A stretch of 64,000 nucleotides of DNA from an uncultured Spirochaetota bacterium (GTDB lineage: Bacteria; Spirochaetota; Spirochaetia; SZUA-6; Fen-1364), in the NCBI GenBank assembly GCA_963745235.1, contig CAVUXE010000035.1:128001-192000 (forward strand). Direction: 5' to 3'. Made by a program: the position numbers and the translations under genes. Below, piece by piece: positions 29,791 to 38,816 of the stretch (position 1 is the first letter of the stretch; every line of letters begins with the position of its first letter). The notes under the pieces were generated by a model. The model was not told the origin of the DNA and searched no databases. It was given only the letters and a program-made list of their open reading frames with translations.

Positions 29791-30588
29791 ATGAAGATGA
29801 AAGCGTCACTGGTTCTCACCTTCTGTGCCGCCTCCCTGGTGCTCGCTTCTCCGTTGTTCGCCCAGGCTACGGGTACCCAGGGTACACAGACACAGGGCAC
29901 GCAGACACAGGCGACTCAGCCGCAAAGCCCTCCGGCGCAGAATGTCTCCGTGGGGCAGCCTAACCCGGAAAATATCGGAAAAGACCAGGCCCAGCAGCTC
30001 CTGGAAGAGCTGTCGGTTTCGAAGTTCGAGGATTCGGCTTTCTGGGGCGGGAGCATGCCCCTGGACATGGGCGTCATTGCCCTCAAGAGGCTCGAAGGGA
30101 GCCCTGCGGGCAAGAAGCCGATCGAGCAGGAAGTCAAACTGGGCATCAAGGAAGAGGACAAGTACGTCCTGGGCGTCAAGGTGAGCTTCTTTCACCGCGG
30201 CGACTCGTTCTTCACCGTGTACCCTGCCAACCCTCTTCCGATTGCCGGAATCGTGAAGACTGTCTCCGTCTGGGTAGTGGGCAGGAACTACAACCACGTG
30301 CTGAAGCTCCTCTTCACGGACTCCATGGGCCGGCCCCAGGAGGTCACGGTGGGGACCCTGAACTTCATTGGGTGGAAACAACTGACAGTCGCAATCCCGC
30401 CGACGGTCGTGCAGCAGGATTTCCACTACGGCACGGCCAGCGGCATCACCATCACGGGCTTTCGAATCGAGACGGATCCGCTTGACACCTATGGAACCTA
30501 CTACGTCTACTTCGACGATCTTCGTGCCGTCACGGATCTTTTTGGCCAATCAAAGCGTGACACGGACGACATGGCTGATGGCTGGTGA
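29791..30588 (+). CDS. flaA: Flagellar filament outer-layer (sheath) protein, second paralogue
   Basis: YVLGVKVSF; SVWVVGRNYNH; LNFIGWKQL; YFDDLRAVTD; Thr/Gln-rich N-terminal linker. Confidence 0.88.
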   Translation: MKMKASLVLTFCAASLVLASPLFAQATGTQGTQTQGTQTQATQPQSPPAQNVSVGQPNPENIGKDQAQQLLEELSVSKFEDSAFWGGSMPLDMGVIALKRLEGSPAGKKPIEQEVKLGIKEEDKYVLGVKVSFFHRGDSFFTVYPANPLPIAGIVKTVSVWVVGRNYNHVLKLLFTDSMGRPQEVTVGTLNFIGWKQLTVAIPPTVVQQDFHYGTASGITITGFRIETDPLDTYGTYYVYFDDLRAVTDLFGQSKRDTDDMADGW

Positions 30589-30613
30589 TTCAGCGCTCCT
30601 GGCCTGCCACTGG

Positions 30614-30643
30614 AGAGCCCTCGCGGAGACGCGAGGGCTTTTA
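30614..30643 (+). terminator. Rho-independent terminator
   Basis: AGCCCTCGCG-GAGA-CGCGAGGGCT-TTT. Confidence 0.8.
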
Positions 30644-30674
30644 TTTCACCGGACCGGGTGATAGAGTTTCTGTC

Positions 30675-31493
30675 ATGACTCCCGAGGAGGAGCTCGCCCG
30701 GCTCAACCGCGTGATTCATCAATACGAGAGCGTGTTCAAGACGACCACGGACAGCGAGCAACGCCGCAGAGTGGTGAAGCAGCTCAAGGATTTGAAGGAC
30801 TACAGAGAGAAGCTCGTGGCCGTCAACGTACTTGATGCAAAGGCCGAAGAGCAGGCGGAAGAGACTTCGGACGATCTCGCCCAGTTCCCGTTTCTGCGGA
30901 CACTTGTCGCCAGGGAAGCGGACTTGCAGCCGCGGCTTCGCGTGCAGCATTTCTGGGCCCGAGACGAGGAGCCAACGCCCGCGCAGCAAGAGATATTTCA
31001 CCTCATGCTGCACATGCGGTGGTTCAGAGAGGAGTTTCTGCCTTTTCTGACGGAGAAGCGCTTGAAGCTTGACTTCAAGTTTTCCCTTGATCGCGACGGG
31101 TTCTACGCCAGGTTCCAGGATGTCGAGCGAAAACTGGAAGATTTCCGTGAAGAGGTCACGCGATTAGGCGAAGGCGTTGCAGGCCGCGAGATGGAGCTGG
31201 AGGTGCGCAAGCGCATGAGCAAGCTCACGAGGCAGATCGAGGCCGATGCGTCAAAGCTGTTCCAAGCGGTGAAGTTTTTCGCCCGGGAGCTGGTTGAAGA
31301 CGCGGATGGCGAGGGAGTGAAGTGCCTCAACGGGGCAGAGCGTATAGCGTTCGACTCTATCGAGGGCACCAGGGCGCTCGAAGGTCGCACGGTGCGCAGC
31401 GCCCTCGACGAGCTGGCCAGGCTGGCCTCTGAGGTGGAAGAGTACCTCAACGTACCCGGACATCGAAAGCCAGGAGAGATAGCGTGCAGATAG
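30675..31493 (+). CDS. Hypothetical helical protein
   Basis: 272 aa ORF, overlaps start of bactofilin gene. Confidence 0.7.
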   Translation: MTPEEELARLNRVIHQYESVFKTTTDSEQRRRVVKQLKDLKDYREKLVAVNVLDAKAEEQAEETSDDLAQFPFLRTLVAREADLQPRLRVQHFWARDEEPTPAQQEIFHLMLHMRWFREEFLPFLTEKRLKLDFKFSLDRDGFYARFQDVERKLEDFREEVTRLGEGVAGREMELEVRKRMSKLTRQIEADASKLFQAVKFFARELVEDADGEGVKCLNGAERIAFDSIEGTRALEGRTVRSALDELARLASEVEEYLNVPGHRKPGEIACR

Positions 31494-31909
31494 ACATCGA
31501 GGCGAACTCCACCATCGGGGAAGAGTCTTTTTTCGAGGGGTCGTATGCTGTCAGGGGAAGCCTGCGCATTGACGGGCGGTTCGAAGGAAAATCCCTGCTG
31601 GTGGACCAGCTGCAGATAGGGCCAAAGGGAAGGGTCAGGACCGACATTATCGCCACCAGCGTCGTGGTGGAGGGCGTCATCATCGGCAATATCACATCGT
31701 CCCGACGTATTCTCCTCCTCTCCTCCGCGCGCGTGCTTGGCGACATCAAGACTCCCGAGCTGATCATCCAGGACGGGGTCGTCCTGGAAGGCAGGTGCAC
31801 CATCAGCCACATCCAGATCGAGAACACGCTGCAGTACATCGAAGCGCTCTACGCGAAATCAGCGGAAAGTCTTGACATTTCTGCGGTGTTTGGATATGTA
31901 TCGTACTGA
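31484..31909 (+). CDS. Bactofilin (polymer-forming cytoskeletal protein)
   Basis: STIGEESFFEG..LRIDGRFEG..VVVEGVIIGNI..VLGDIKTPELIIQDGVVLEGRC. Confidence 0.9.
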   Translation: MQIDIEANSTIGEESFFEGSYAVRGSLRIDGRFEGKSLLVDQLQIGPKGRVRTDIIATSVVVEGVIIGNITSSRRILLLSSARVLGDIKTPELIIQDGVVLEGRCTISHIQIENTLQYIEALYAKSAESLDISAVFGYVSY

Positions 31910-31914
31910 CTCGA

Positions 31915-31985
31915 TTCCCGGTAGTGTAACGGTAGCACAAAAGACTCTGGATCTTTTTGTGGGGGTTCGAATCCTCCCCGGGAAA
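31915..31985 (+). tRNA. tRNA-Gln(CTG)
   Basis: TTCCCGG...CCGGGAA acceptor stem; anticodon loop CTCTGGA; GGTTCGAATCC T-loop. Confidence 0.94.
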
Positions 31986-32006
31986 GAACGGCCGTGAGGC
32001 AGCAGT

Positions 32007-32078
32007 GGCCCCTTCGTCTATCGGTTAGGACATGAGATTCTCAATCTTAAAAGAGGGGTTCGATTCCCCTAGGGGCTA
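32007..32078 (+). tRNA. tRNA-Glu(CTC)
   Basis: GGCCCCT...AGGGGCT acceptor stem; anticodon loop TTCTCAA; GGTTCGATTCC T-loop. Confidence 0.94.
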
Positions 32079-32104
32079 AATCGGGAGAGAAGAACCCGAA
32101 AGCG

Positions 32105-32141
32105 AAGGGTGGTCGCAGAGAGGCGGCCACCCTTTTCTTTT
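32105..32141 (+). terminator. Terminator after tRNA pair
   Basis: AAGGGTGGTCGC-AGAGAG-GCGGCCACCCTT followed by T-tract. Confidence 0.75.
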
Positions 32142-32315
32142 GCCCGATCTCCATGAGAGGGTGGTATCAGTCCCACGCCGAGGCGATCTTCGGCGAACGC
32201 ATACACCGCTACGCACAGGCGCCATCCCCGCTGCGGTTTGGCGGCCGCGATCAACTAATGTTGATTCTGGTCACCGCGACCATTTCGTCGCGACCGGCGC
32301 TGCTTGAGGCCGCGC

Positions 32316-33275
32316 TTAAGTTGCTGCGGCGGCGAAGTCGACGCCGGAAACCTTGACGACGGCCTGCCAGGCGGCTTCCTGGTTGGCGCGATCGTGAAAA
32401 TGCGGGTGACGCATCGCCTCAATTGGGCCTGTGAGCTTCTTCGGCGCCGAGGCGAAGAATTGGCCCGAGACGTTGGTTCCGAACTCCGAGGCCTGGAGGT
32501 ACCGGCGAGCTGCGGTCTCCGGCGTCTGAGACATGCCGGGGATGAGCTTCACCAGTGGAATCATCAGCCACTTCATGACCGGGCCAGCGTTTCGCACCGC
32601 CTTGGTGTCGGGCGCGCTGCCGGGCGAGACGGCGTACACGGCCATGCCGGAGGGTAGCCGGCGGGCCAGCGCCGCGGCCCACCAAGCGACGACGAGCTTC
32701 GCGTCGGCATACGCCCGGTTGGGCTGGTACTTCACGTTCGGCCCGCTGCGCACCAGGGCTTCCACCGCGGCGCTTCGGTCACCGTGGTGGTGTTTGGTCG
32801 CGAAGGCCGCCACGTCGGTGTAGCTGAACATAGGGACGTCCCCTCGGGCAGGTTCCGCGCCGGCGATAACAATCCGCGCGTTGGGGCTCAGCAGTTTGGC
32901 GCGGAGCAACCCGACAGTCAGTTGATGATGGCCGATTAGCGGGGCCTGAGCCGCCTCGACGCCCGCCGCGGTGAGCATGCGCGCCTTGCCACCGACCATC
33001 CCAGCATTGAGCAGTAGGAAATCGATCGGCCGACCTCGCTTAACCAGCTCGGCGAGGGCGGACTGGACGCTGGTCGGTGCGTTCAGATCCAGCTCCAGCG
33101 GCGTGAAGACCTGGGTCTTGGTCTCAGCCGCGAGCTGAGCGGCCGTTTCCTGGACCCGGGCCAGGCTGCGGCCGGTGACGATGACCTGACGGTAGCCCTT
33201 GATGGCGAGCATGCTGGCTGCCGCATAACCGAGCCCGGAGGTGGTGCCGGTGACGATAGCGATCGAATGTTCCAT
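32316..33275 (-). CDS. Short-chain dehydrogenase/reductase
   Basis: IVTGTTSGLG; LLLNAG; YADAK (YxxxK). Confidence 0.9.
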   Translation of the reverse strand: MEHSIAIVTGTTSGLGYAAASMLAIKGYRQVIVTGRSLARVQETAAQLAAETKTQVFTPLELDLNAPTSVQSALAELVKRGRPIDFLLLNAGMVGGKARMLTAAGVEAAQAPLIGHHQLTVGLLRAKLLSPNARIVIAGAEPARGDVPMFSYTDVAAFATKHHHGDRSAAVEALVRSGPNVKYQPNRAYADAKLVVAWWAAALARRLPSGMAVYAVSPGSAPDTKAVRNAGPVMKWLMIPLVKLIPGMSQTPETAARRYLQASEFGTNVSGQFFASAPKKLTGPIEAMRHPHFHDRANQEAAWQAVVKVSGVDFAAAAT

Positions 33276-33361
33276 GAGCTGCTCCTTGTTGAAGGTCGAG
33301 TCGTGAGGCCCCGCGAGGCCAGGGCCAGCTTGCTAATTTCGAACTGTTCGGTTATAATATA

Positions 33362-34030
33362 TTGGTGCGATGGAATTTGTCAAGGAGTTTTGAACTAAAT
33401 GTTTCACAATGCCCCAGGCCCCGTGGACGACCACGTAGCTTCGACGAGAGGGACGCGCTGGAAAAGGCGACTCAGGTGTTTTGGTCGAAAGGTTATGACG
33501 GAGTGACGATCGACGATCTCGTCGCCGGGATGGGCGTGGGACGGCCGAGCCTGTATTCCGTCTTCGGAGACAAGCGGACGTTGTTCTTGCGGGTCCTTAA
33601 GGGGTATGCGGAGAAGAAAGGCGCTCTCGCTGCGAAGGCACTCCTCTCGCCGCGCACTCTTCGCGACTCGGTCGCTGGTTTCCTCAGGCACGCCGTCGAA
33701 AGCGCGACGAAGAAAGGATCCGCTCAGGGGTGTCTTCTCGAGTGCGTCGCGCCGCTTGTGGACGACGCTGAGGTCCGGGAATTCCTGCAGAACGCTGCCG
33801 CAGCCGCCGTGGCGCTGGTGGAAGGTCGTTTCCGGGACGGGATCACCGCTGGAGAAATCCCGTCCGACTTTCCGGTGGCCGTCCGCGCAAGCCTGCTCAT
33901 TGATTTTGCTCGTGGCCTTGCCATGCGTGCGCAGATAGGCGCGCCGCGCAAGACGCTTCTCAGGGATGCCGAGGAAGCGGTCGACTTGATGCTCCTGTCA
34001 CGGCGTGGAAACGCGGTGCCAGAACGTTGA
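33362..34030 (+). CDS. TetR/AcrR family regulator, divergent from the SDR (start uncertain)
   Basis: RGRPRSFDE; FWSKGYDGVTIDDL; PSLYSVFGDK; GCL. Confidence 0.9.
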   Translation: MVRWNLSRSFELNVSQCPRPRGRPRSFDERDALEKATQVFWSKGYDGVTIDDLVAGMGVGRPSLYSVFGDKRTLFLRVLKGYAEKKGALAAKALLSPRTLRDSVAGFLRHAVESATKKGSAQGCLLECVAPLVDDAEVREFLQNAAAAAVALVEGRFRDGITAGEIPSDFPVAVRASLLIDFARGLAMRAQIGAPRKTLLRDAEEAVDLMLLSRRGNAVPER

Positions 34031-34294
34031 TGCTGGATGGCGTGAAATCGGAGCAAGCAACTTAGCCGCAGGACCGTGCCGTGATTAGAGCTGCGCCATG
34101 CCTCCATTGACGGCGAGTTCCCCGCCGGTATGCTCATTGTCTCCATATGAGGGTCATGCTCATCAGCCATTTGTTGGGCCAGGTGCGGCAACCACCATCA
34201 AACACGCTCTTGGTATCATTAAGGTCTCACGAGGGAACCTGAAGTTCAGGGGAGCACTGTACAGATTTGGTCTTTTCCTAATCCCTGCCCCCCC

Positions 34295-34589
34295 ACCTGC
34301 GTCCATTGCGGCTTCGACGGGCGCGGGTTCGACGCCTGGATGCAGTTGACCGTAGACCATCTCAGGCCCCGGAACTCCGGTGGCACGGATGATCCGGACA
34401 ATCTGGTCGTTGCCTGCCATTCCTGCAACTCAGTGACCAGCAGGGATGACCTTCCCACCAGCGGCCACGCGAGAGGACATTCTCGCACAGAAGCGCGCCA
34501 GGGTACGCGAGAGGCGGGCTGTGTTCTATGAGCATTGGTTGAAGACGGTCGCTCCGGGCTTCTTGGACCGCCCCTTGCCAGGAGTCTGA
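34295..34589 (+). pseudogene. HNH endonuclease remnant (5' truncated, frameshift near 34445)
   Basis: TCVHCG...LTVDHLRPRNSGGTDDPDNLVVACHSCN. Confidence 0.75.
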
Positions 34590-34761
34590 GCTGTCACGCC
34601 ATCAGCTTTCTCCAATGCGGAGCCGCATCCCGGCGCCAGCATATGCCGGGAGCCGACTGACACATTGTACGTCACGGTTCCCACGGGCTCGCCGGGCCGG
34701 TAGCGCGCCCCCAAGTCGTACTGAACGAAAATTCGCATCTCTGGAACTTCGGGCTTTCCTA

Positions 34762-34774
34762 CCCTAGGGGCTAA
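34762..34774 (+). repeat. Duplicate of tRNA-Glu 3' end (att-like)
   Basis: CCCTAGGGGCTAA identical to 32067-32079, followed by a terminator-like hairpin with arms AGGGCGTCC/GGACGCCCT. Confidence 0.65.
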
Positions 34775-34856
34775 CGAACCAGAGGGCGTCCTGAAGAGGG
34801 ACGCCCTTTCTGTCTTGACTGCGACGGTCGCCCTCACCGATCACGGTTGTCGTCTG

Positions 34857-35219
34857 CTACCTCTTGGCCGTGTGCTTCCTTTTCGCCGCGGCCTTTCTGC
34901 CGTTGACCCTGCCTTTTGGGCTTTGCTTGCGGGCCACGGACACGGCCCGACCACCCTCGGGGTACCCCGCTTTGGCCTTCTGCGTGCGAACATAGTAGCG
35001 CAGCACGGCATTGATCCTCGTCTGATAGCCGGGGCCCGGCCGTCTGAACCATTCGTAGACCGCCGGATCAAGACGGATGGTGATCGTGCGGCTCAACTCT
35101 CGCGCCAACTCCTCGGGGCTGGGGAAGTCGTCCTCCACGGTCTCCGAGGCCGCAAGCGCCTCCGCGATCTCCGGCGGTGCATCCGTGTACCTATCGTCTG
35201 AACCGATTCGCTTGTTCAT
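34857..35219 (-). CDS. brnA: BrnA family antitoxin with basic C-terminal tail
   Basis: ITIRLDPAVYEWFR..GPGYQTRINAVLRYY. Confidence 0.88.
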   Translation of the reverse strand: MNKRIGSDDRYTDAPPEIAEALAASETVEDDFPSPEELARELSRTITIRLDPAVYEWFRRPGPGYQTRINAVLRYYVRTQKAKAGYPEGGRAVSVARKQSPKGRVNGRKAAAKRKHTAKR

Positions 35220-35475
35220 AGATCATCCTTCCCTCACGCCAGTAGCCAGCCCCGATAATCCTCACCGTCTCGCTTCTTCGGGTGAAGCGAACGGTCAACA
35301 CGGCACCGGAGACCTGACCGAGCAGGAAGTATCTCTGCTCCCGTCCGCTACTGTGCTTACGGTCCGCCCTGGTGACCCGCCGGGGATCCAGCCAAGCCCG
35401 CACCGCTTCGGCGAAGCTCACTCCGTGCTTCTGCTGGTTCTCGCGATCCTTGAGCGGGTCCCACTCGAAGTCCAC
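35191..35475 (-). CDS. brnT: BrnT family toxin
   Basis: FEWDPLKDRENQQKHGVSFAEA...EQRYFLLG...VRFTRR..VRIIGA. Confidence 0.9.
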   Translation of the reverse strand: MDFEWDPLKDRENQQKHGVSFAEAVRAWLDPRRVTRADRKHSSGREQRYFLLGQVSGAVLTVRFTRRSETVRIIGAGYWREGRMIYEQANRFRR

Positions 35476-35499
35476 GGTTTAAGGTAGTGCATACATACA

Positions 35500-35917
35500 A
35501 AATGTCAATACCGGGGCGAACCGATTGGGTACCTATGTGTTGACGAATTCCCTGTCGGAGCTTCGAAGCGCGACTGCCGACGTACAGGATGCCGTCACGG
35601 TTGCGTTTGGCGTCCTCAGCGTTCGCGCGGGATTTGTGAATCGACTGACCTGAGCCTTCGGCCCATCTCGTGTAGTGTTGATGGAGCAGAGTTGCGGGGA
35701 GGATCGGCGCAGTGCGGACAAGGTAGACGGCGTTTTTCCACTGCCGGGAGATCACGGAGACATACCGCCTGAGTTCATCGTCTGCACGGAGTGAAGAAGA
35801 TGGGACGCGTACGAACTCCCACTCAGAAGGTATCTCAAGAAGGAGGACACGCTGCAACTCATCAACCATTCGCGGGAGGGAAGCCTGTAGCGCTTCGCGA
35901 ACGAAGACGGTCATCAC
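35500..35917 (-). pseudogene. Possible GIY-YIG-like nuclease fragment
   Basis: AVYLV ... ILYVGS..KLRQGIRQH; ORF degenerates where it runs into brnT. Confidence 0.4.
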
Positions 35918-35978
35918 GTCTCTCCTCAGGAAGGCTAGGCGCTTTTACCCATACATCCTCGGCTCTTGGCCCGGCAGC

Positions 35979-36394
35979 CTATGATGCCCATTTACTGAGA
36001 TGCGCTTCAAGGAACCGTCTAGGGTTGACGATTTCCACATTCCCATATCGCGACACCTTCAATAGTTGCTTGTCTCCTGTAACGACGTACCTGGCAGATC
36101 CGGCGATGGCACACGCGAGGACCTTGTCATCATCGGGATCGCTGCAAACAGGCTCCGGCAAGGGTAGGGCTTCCACTATTCCGCACTCACCGCAACGAGA
36201 TCGAGAATACCAGAAACGTCTACGAGAGGAAACTTTTCCGCCAACTCCTCTGCAACTCTCTGGTACTCATTCAGGATGTCTGTTGAGACCAGCAGGTCGA
36301 TTCTCCCATCGCGCCATGCGCCGAGGATCTCATGGGGAGGGCCGGCGAAGAAGATAGCGGACATGAGTACGTTGGTGTCCAGTACGATCTTCAC
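35979..36394 (-). CDS. PIN-domain toxin, frameshift near 36178
   Basis: MKIVLDTNVLMSA ... CSDPDDDKVLACA...VVTGDKQLL. Confidence 0.88.
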
Positions 36395-36654
36395 CTCTGG
36401 GATCTGACCTTGGTGACAGCCGCCCTGATGTCAGATCTCCTGAGCCCAGCCTGCCTTGCTTGCCTGCGCGCGCGGGCGATAAGCTCGTCGAACTCCTCCA
36501 TCTTGGGCGGTGAGATCGTCTTGAGGATTACCGTGTCCTTTTCCCCCACAACCACAAACTGAGATCCGGGCCCTAGCCTCAGACGTTTTCGAATGTACTC
36601 GGGGATAACCACTTGACCTTTTGAAGACATCTTGGTGGTAGCTATTTGCGCCAT
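36391..36654 (-). CDS. AbrB/MazE/SpoVT family antitoxin
   Basis: TTKMSSKGQVVIPEYIRKRLRL; overlaps PIN gene start (GTGA). Confidence 0.9.
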   Translation of the reverse strand: MAQIATTKMSSKGQVVIPEYIRKRLRLGPGSQFVVVGEKDTVILKTISPPKMEEFDELIARARRQARQAGLRRSDIRAAVTKVRSQR

Positions 36655-36787
36655 ATTGGGCTCCTTCAGGTGATCTTACCTGTAAGAACAACGACTTGCG
36701 TCAGGACTGGCAGGCGTACTTTTCGCTTCGGGCTTCAAGGCAGACGTTGATATGATGGCCTGATCGATCGCGATTGTCTCTGCGCTC

Positions 36788-37033
36788 TCAACCGAGCAGG
36801 CTATCTTTCTGGGCGGTATGCTTCGTCTTTTTTGCGGCCTTTCTGACGGCACCGTTCGCCTTGCCCTTGGGGCTTCGCCTGCGGGCCACAGCTGATGATG
36901 GCTCTCGTGGCCCTGCTCTGCGCGCCGCCGGAGACCTGTTCTCCGAAGGTGACACGGTCTGACCGGTCTCCGGGTGCCCAGCTTTGGCCTTCTGCGTGCG
37001 AACATAGTACCGCAGCACGGCATTGATCCGTCG
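36788..37033 (-). pseudogene. 3' remnant of a second brnA copy
   Basis: 36981-37029 matches 34969-35017 at 48/49 nt; RINAVLRYYVRTQKAKAG plus basic tail. Confidence 0.8.
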
Positions 37034-37175
37034 TGCTGCTGACCATGCCGGCGAGCATTTCCATCTTTCCGGTTTCCTTCATTCGCATCCGCTTTCGCGG
37101 TGTCAAGTCTCTTATCCGCCAACAGCCGGGAGTACATCTGCCTCCCAGAAGCGCACAGTCTCTCGGGCCGAAAGC

Positions 37176-37232
37176 TTGACAGTCCTCGCGGAAGGAACTA
37201 CAGTATATAAGCAGTTGCAATACATAGCAACT
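37176..37232 (+). promoter_or_regulatory. Sigma70 promoter with downstream palindromic operator (likely ArsR site)
   Basis: TTGACA-17 nt-TACAGT; AGTTGC-N8-GCAACT at 37213-37232. Confidence 0.7.
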
Positions 37233-37258
37233 TCTAACTTACTTAAGAAGGAAATCGC

Positions 37259-37633
37259 ATGGACGAGGAGATCTTCGAGCTGCACGCGGATGTCTGCCGT
37301 ACGCTTTCCAACCCGAAGCGGTTGAAAATTCTCAACGCCCTGCGGGACGGGGAAATACCAGTCAGCCGGATCCTGGCCAAGATGGGCCGTATCGGCAAGG
37401 CCAACCTCTCCCAGCACTTGGCGGTGATGCGCCAGAAAGGAGTGGTGGCTGCCCGAAGAGAGGGCAACCTCATCTATTACCGGATTTCCAGCCCCAAGAT
37501 CATTCAGGCGTGCGACCTCATGCGAGAGGTGCTTTTCGAGCAGCTTGAGGGGAAGGGCGCGCTCTTCCTGAAATATGCGAAGTGGACGGAGACAAGACTC
37601 GGACGACGCGCCAGGGCGGCTGTTCGCTCGTGA
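37259..37633 (+). CDS. ArsR/SmtB family regulator
   Basis: LSNPKRLKILNAL; NLSQHLAVMR; RREGNLIYYRI. Confidence 0.92.
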   Translation: MDEEIFELHADVCRTLSNPKRLKILNALRDGEIPVSRILAKMGRIGKANLSQHLAVMRQKGVVAARREGNLIYYRISSPKIIQACDLMREVLFEQLEGKGALFLKYAKWTETRLGRRARAAVRS

Positions 37634-37656
37634 GGGAAAGTCAGGGAGAGGCAAGA

Positions 37657-38373
37657 ATGACGGGAACGAAAGAGCCCTTGGCCGCACAATTCGACCGCAT
37701 GGCTGACGGGTACGATTCCTGGTACCAGACGCCCCTGGGTGCCCGCAGTGATGCCCTCGAGAGGGAAGCGGTTTTCTCTCTCGCAGAAGCAGTACCGGGG
37801 GAATACGCGCTTGATGTCAGCTGCGGGACAGGAAATTATGCCCTTGCTTTGGCGGGCCAGGGAGTCAGGGTTTCTGCCATTGATGCCTCCTCACAGATGC
37901 TGCAGATCGCGCAGTCAAAGGCAGCTCGGCAGGGACTCTCCATCGATTTCAAGCGGGGGACAGCGGAAGATATGCCTTTCGCCAACGACTCCTTCGACCT
38001 CGTGACGGCAGTTCTCCTGTTGGAGTTCGCGCCCTCTCCACGGAAGGTCCTTTCCGAGATGCTGCGGGTCCTTACGCCGGCCGGCCGTCTGGTCATAGGA
38101 GTCCTGGGTAGTCACAGCCTCTGGGCGGCAACCAGACGCGCCAGGAGCCTGTTTGTTCCCTCGATATGGAACGGAGCAACCTTTTTCAGCCCTCGGTCGA
38201 TGGTAGATCTCCTTCGAGAAGCCGGAGCACATTCCATCCGATGGAAAAGCGCCATCTACTTTCCCCCGGTCAGGAATGGCTGGCTGCTGGACCGCTTCCA
38301 GGCGCTGGAGGGCATCGGGCAGAAAGTTTTCCCTGGTCTGGGGGCCTTTTTTGCGGTCAGGGTCGAAAAGTGA
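37657..38373 (+). CDS. Class I SAM-dependent methyltransferase
   Basis: YDSWYQTPLG; LDVSCGTG; MPFANDSFD; EMLRVLTPAG. Confidence 0.9.
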   Translation: MTGTKEPLAAQFDRMADGYDSWYQTPLGARSDALEREAVFSLAEAVPGEYALDVSCGTGNYALALAGQGVRVSAIDASSQMLQIAQSKAARQGLSIDFKRGTAEDMPFANDSFDLVTAVLLLEFAPSPRKVLSEMLRVLTPAGRLVIGVLGSHSLWAATRRARSLFVPSIWNGATFFSPRSMVDLLREAGAHSIRWKSAIYFPPVRNGWLLDRFQALEGIGQKVFPGLGAFFAVRVEK

Positions 38374-38382
38374 GGCGACACT

Positions 38383-38784
38383 ATGATGCATGGTGGGATG
38401 ATGTTCTCTCCATGGGGGACTCCCTTCGGCGGATTCTGGTTCCTTCTCATACCGGTGACGATTTTCATCGCCATGGGGATTTTCAGGCTATTGCTTTCCA
38501 CCGGCCGCCGAAGGGAACGGAAGGGGCGGGAACTTCGCAAAATGCCAATACAGGAACAGATCATCAAGCTGGCATATCGGAAAGGCGGCCTCCTTACCGT
38601 GACCGACACAGTTGCCGAGACTGGCCTCTCCTTCAAGAAGGCAGAAAAGGTTCTGAACGGCATGGTGGACTTTTCCCGCGTGAACATGCGTGTCAGTGAC
38701 TCCGGGATCATGGTCTAGGAGTTCGTGGAGATCCTGCACAAGGATCTGGAAACGGCGAAGACTCTCCACGAGATGGGAGTCTGA
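38383..38784 (+). CDS. Small membrane protein with winged-helix-like C-terminus, in-frame TAG at 38716
   Basis: One TM, then KGGLLTVTDTVAETGLSFKKAEKVL...SGIMV*EFVEI; frame stays open to TGA at 38784. Confidence 0.6.
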
Positions 38785-38816
38785 CGGCTCGTGCTGGTTT
38801 GAAAGTGAGGTCTTGA

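Noticed and set aside
29870-29925. ACACAG/GGCAC repeats in the second flaA
   Set aside because: Encodes an ordinary Thr/Gln low-complexity linker after the signal peptide
31872-31900. TTGACA promoter for the tRNA-Gln/Glu pair inside the bactofilin 3' end
   Set aside because: Plausible, but the -10 at 17-nt spacing (TATGTA) is poor, so it is not listed as a feature
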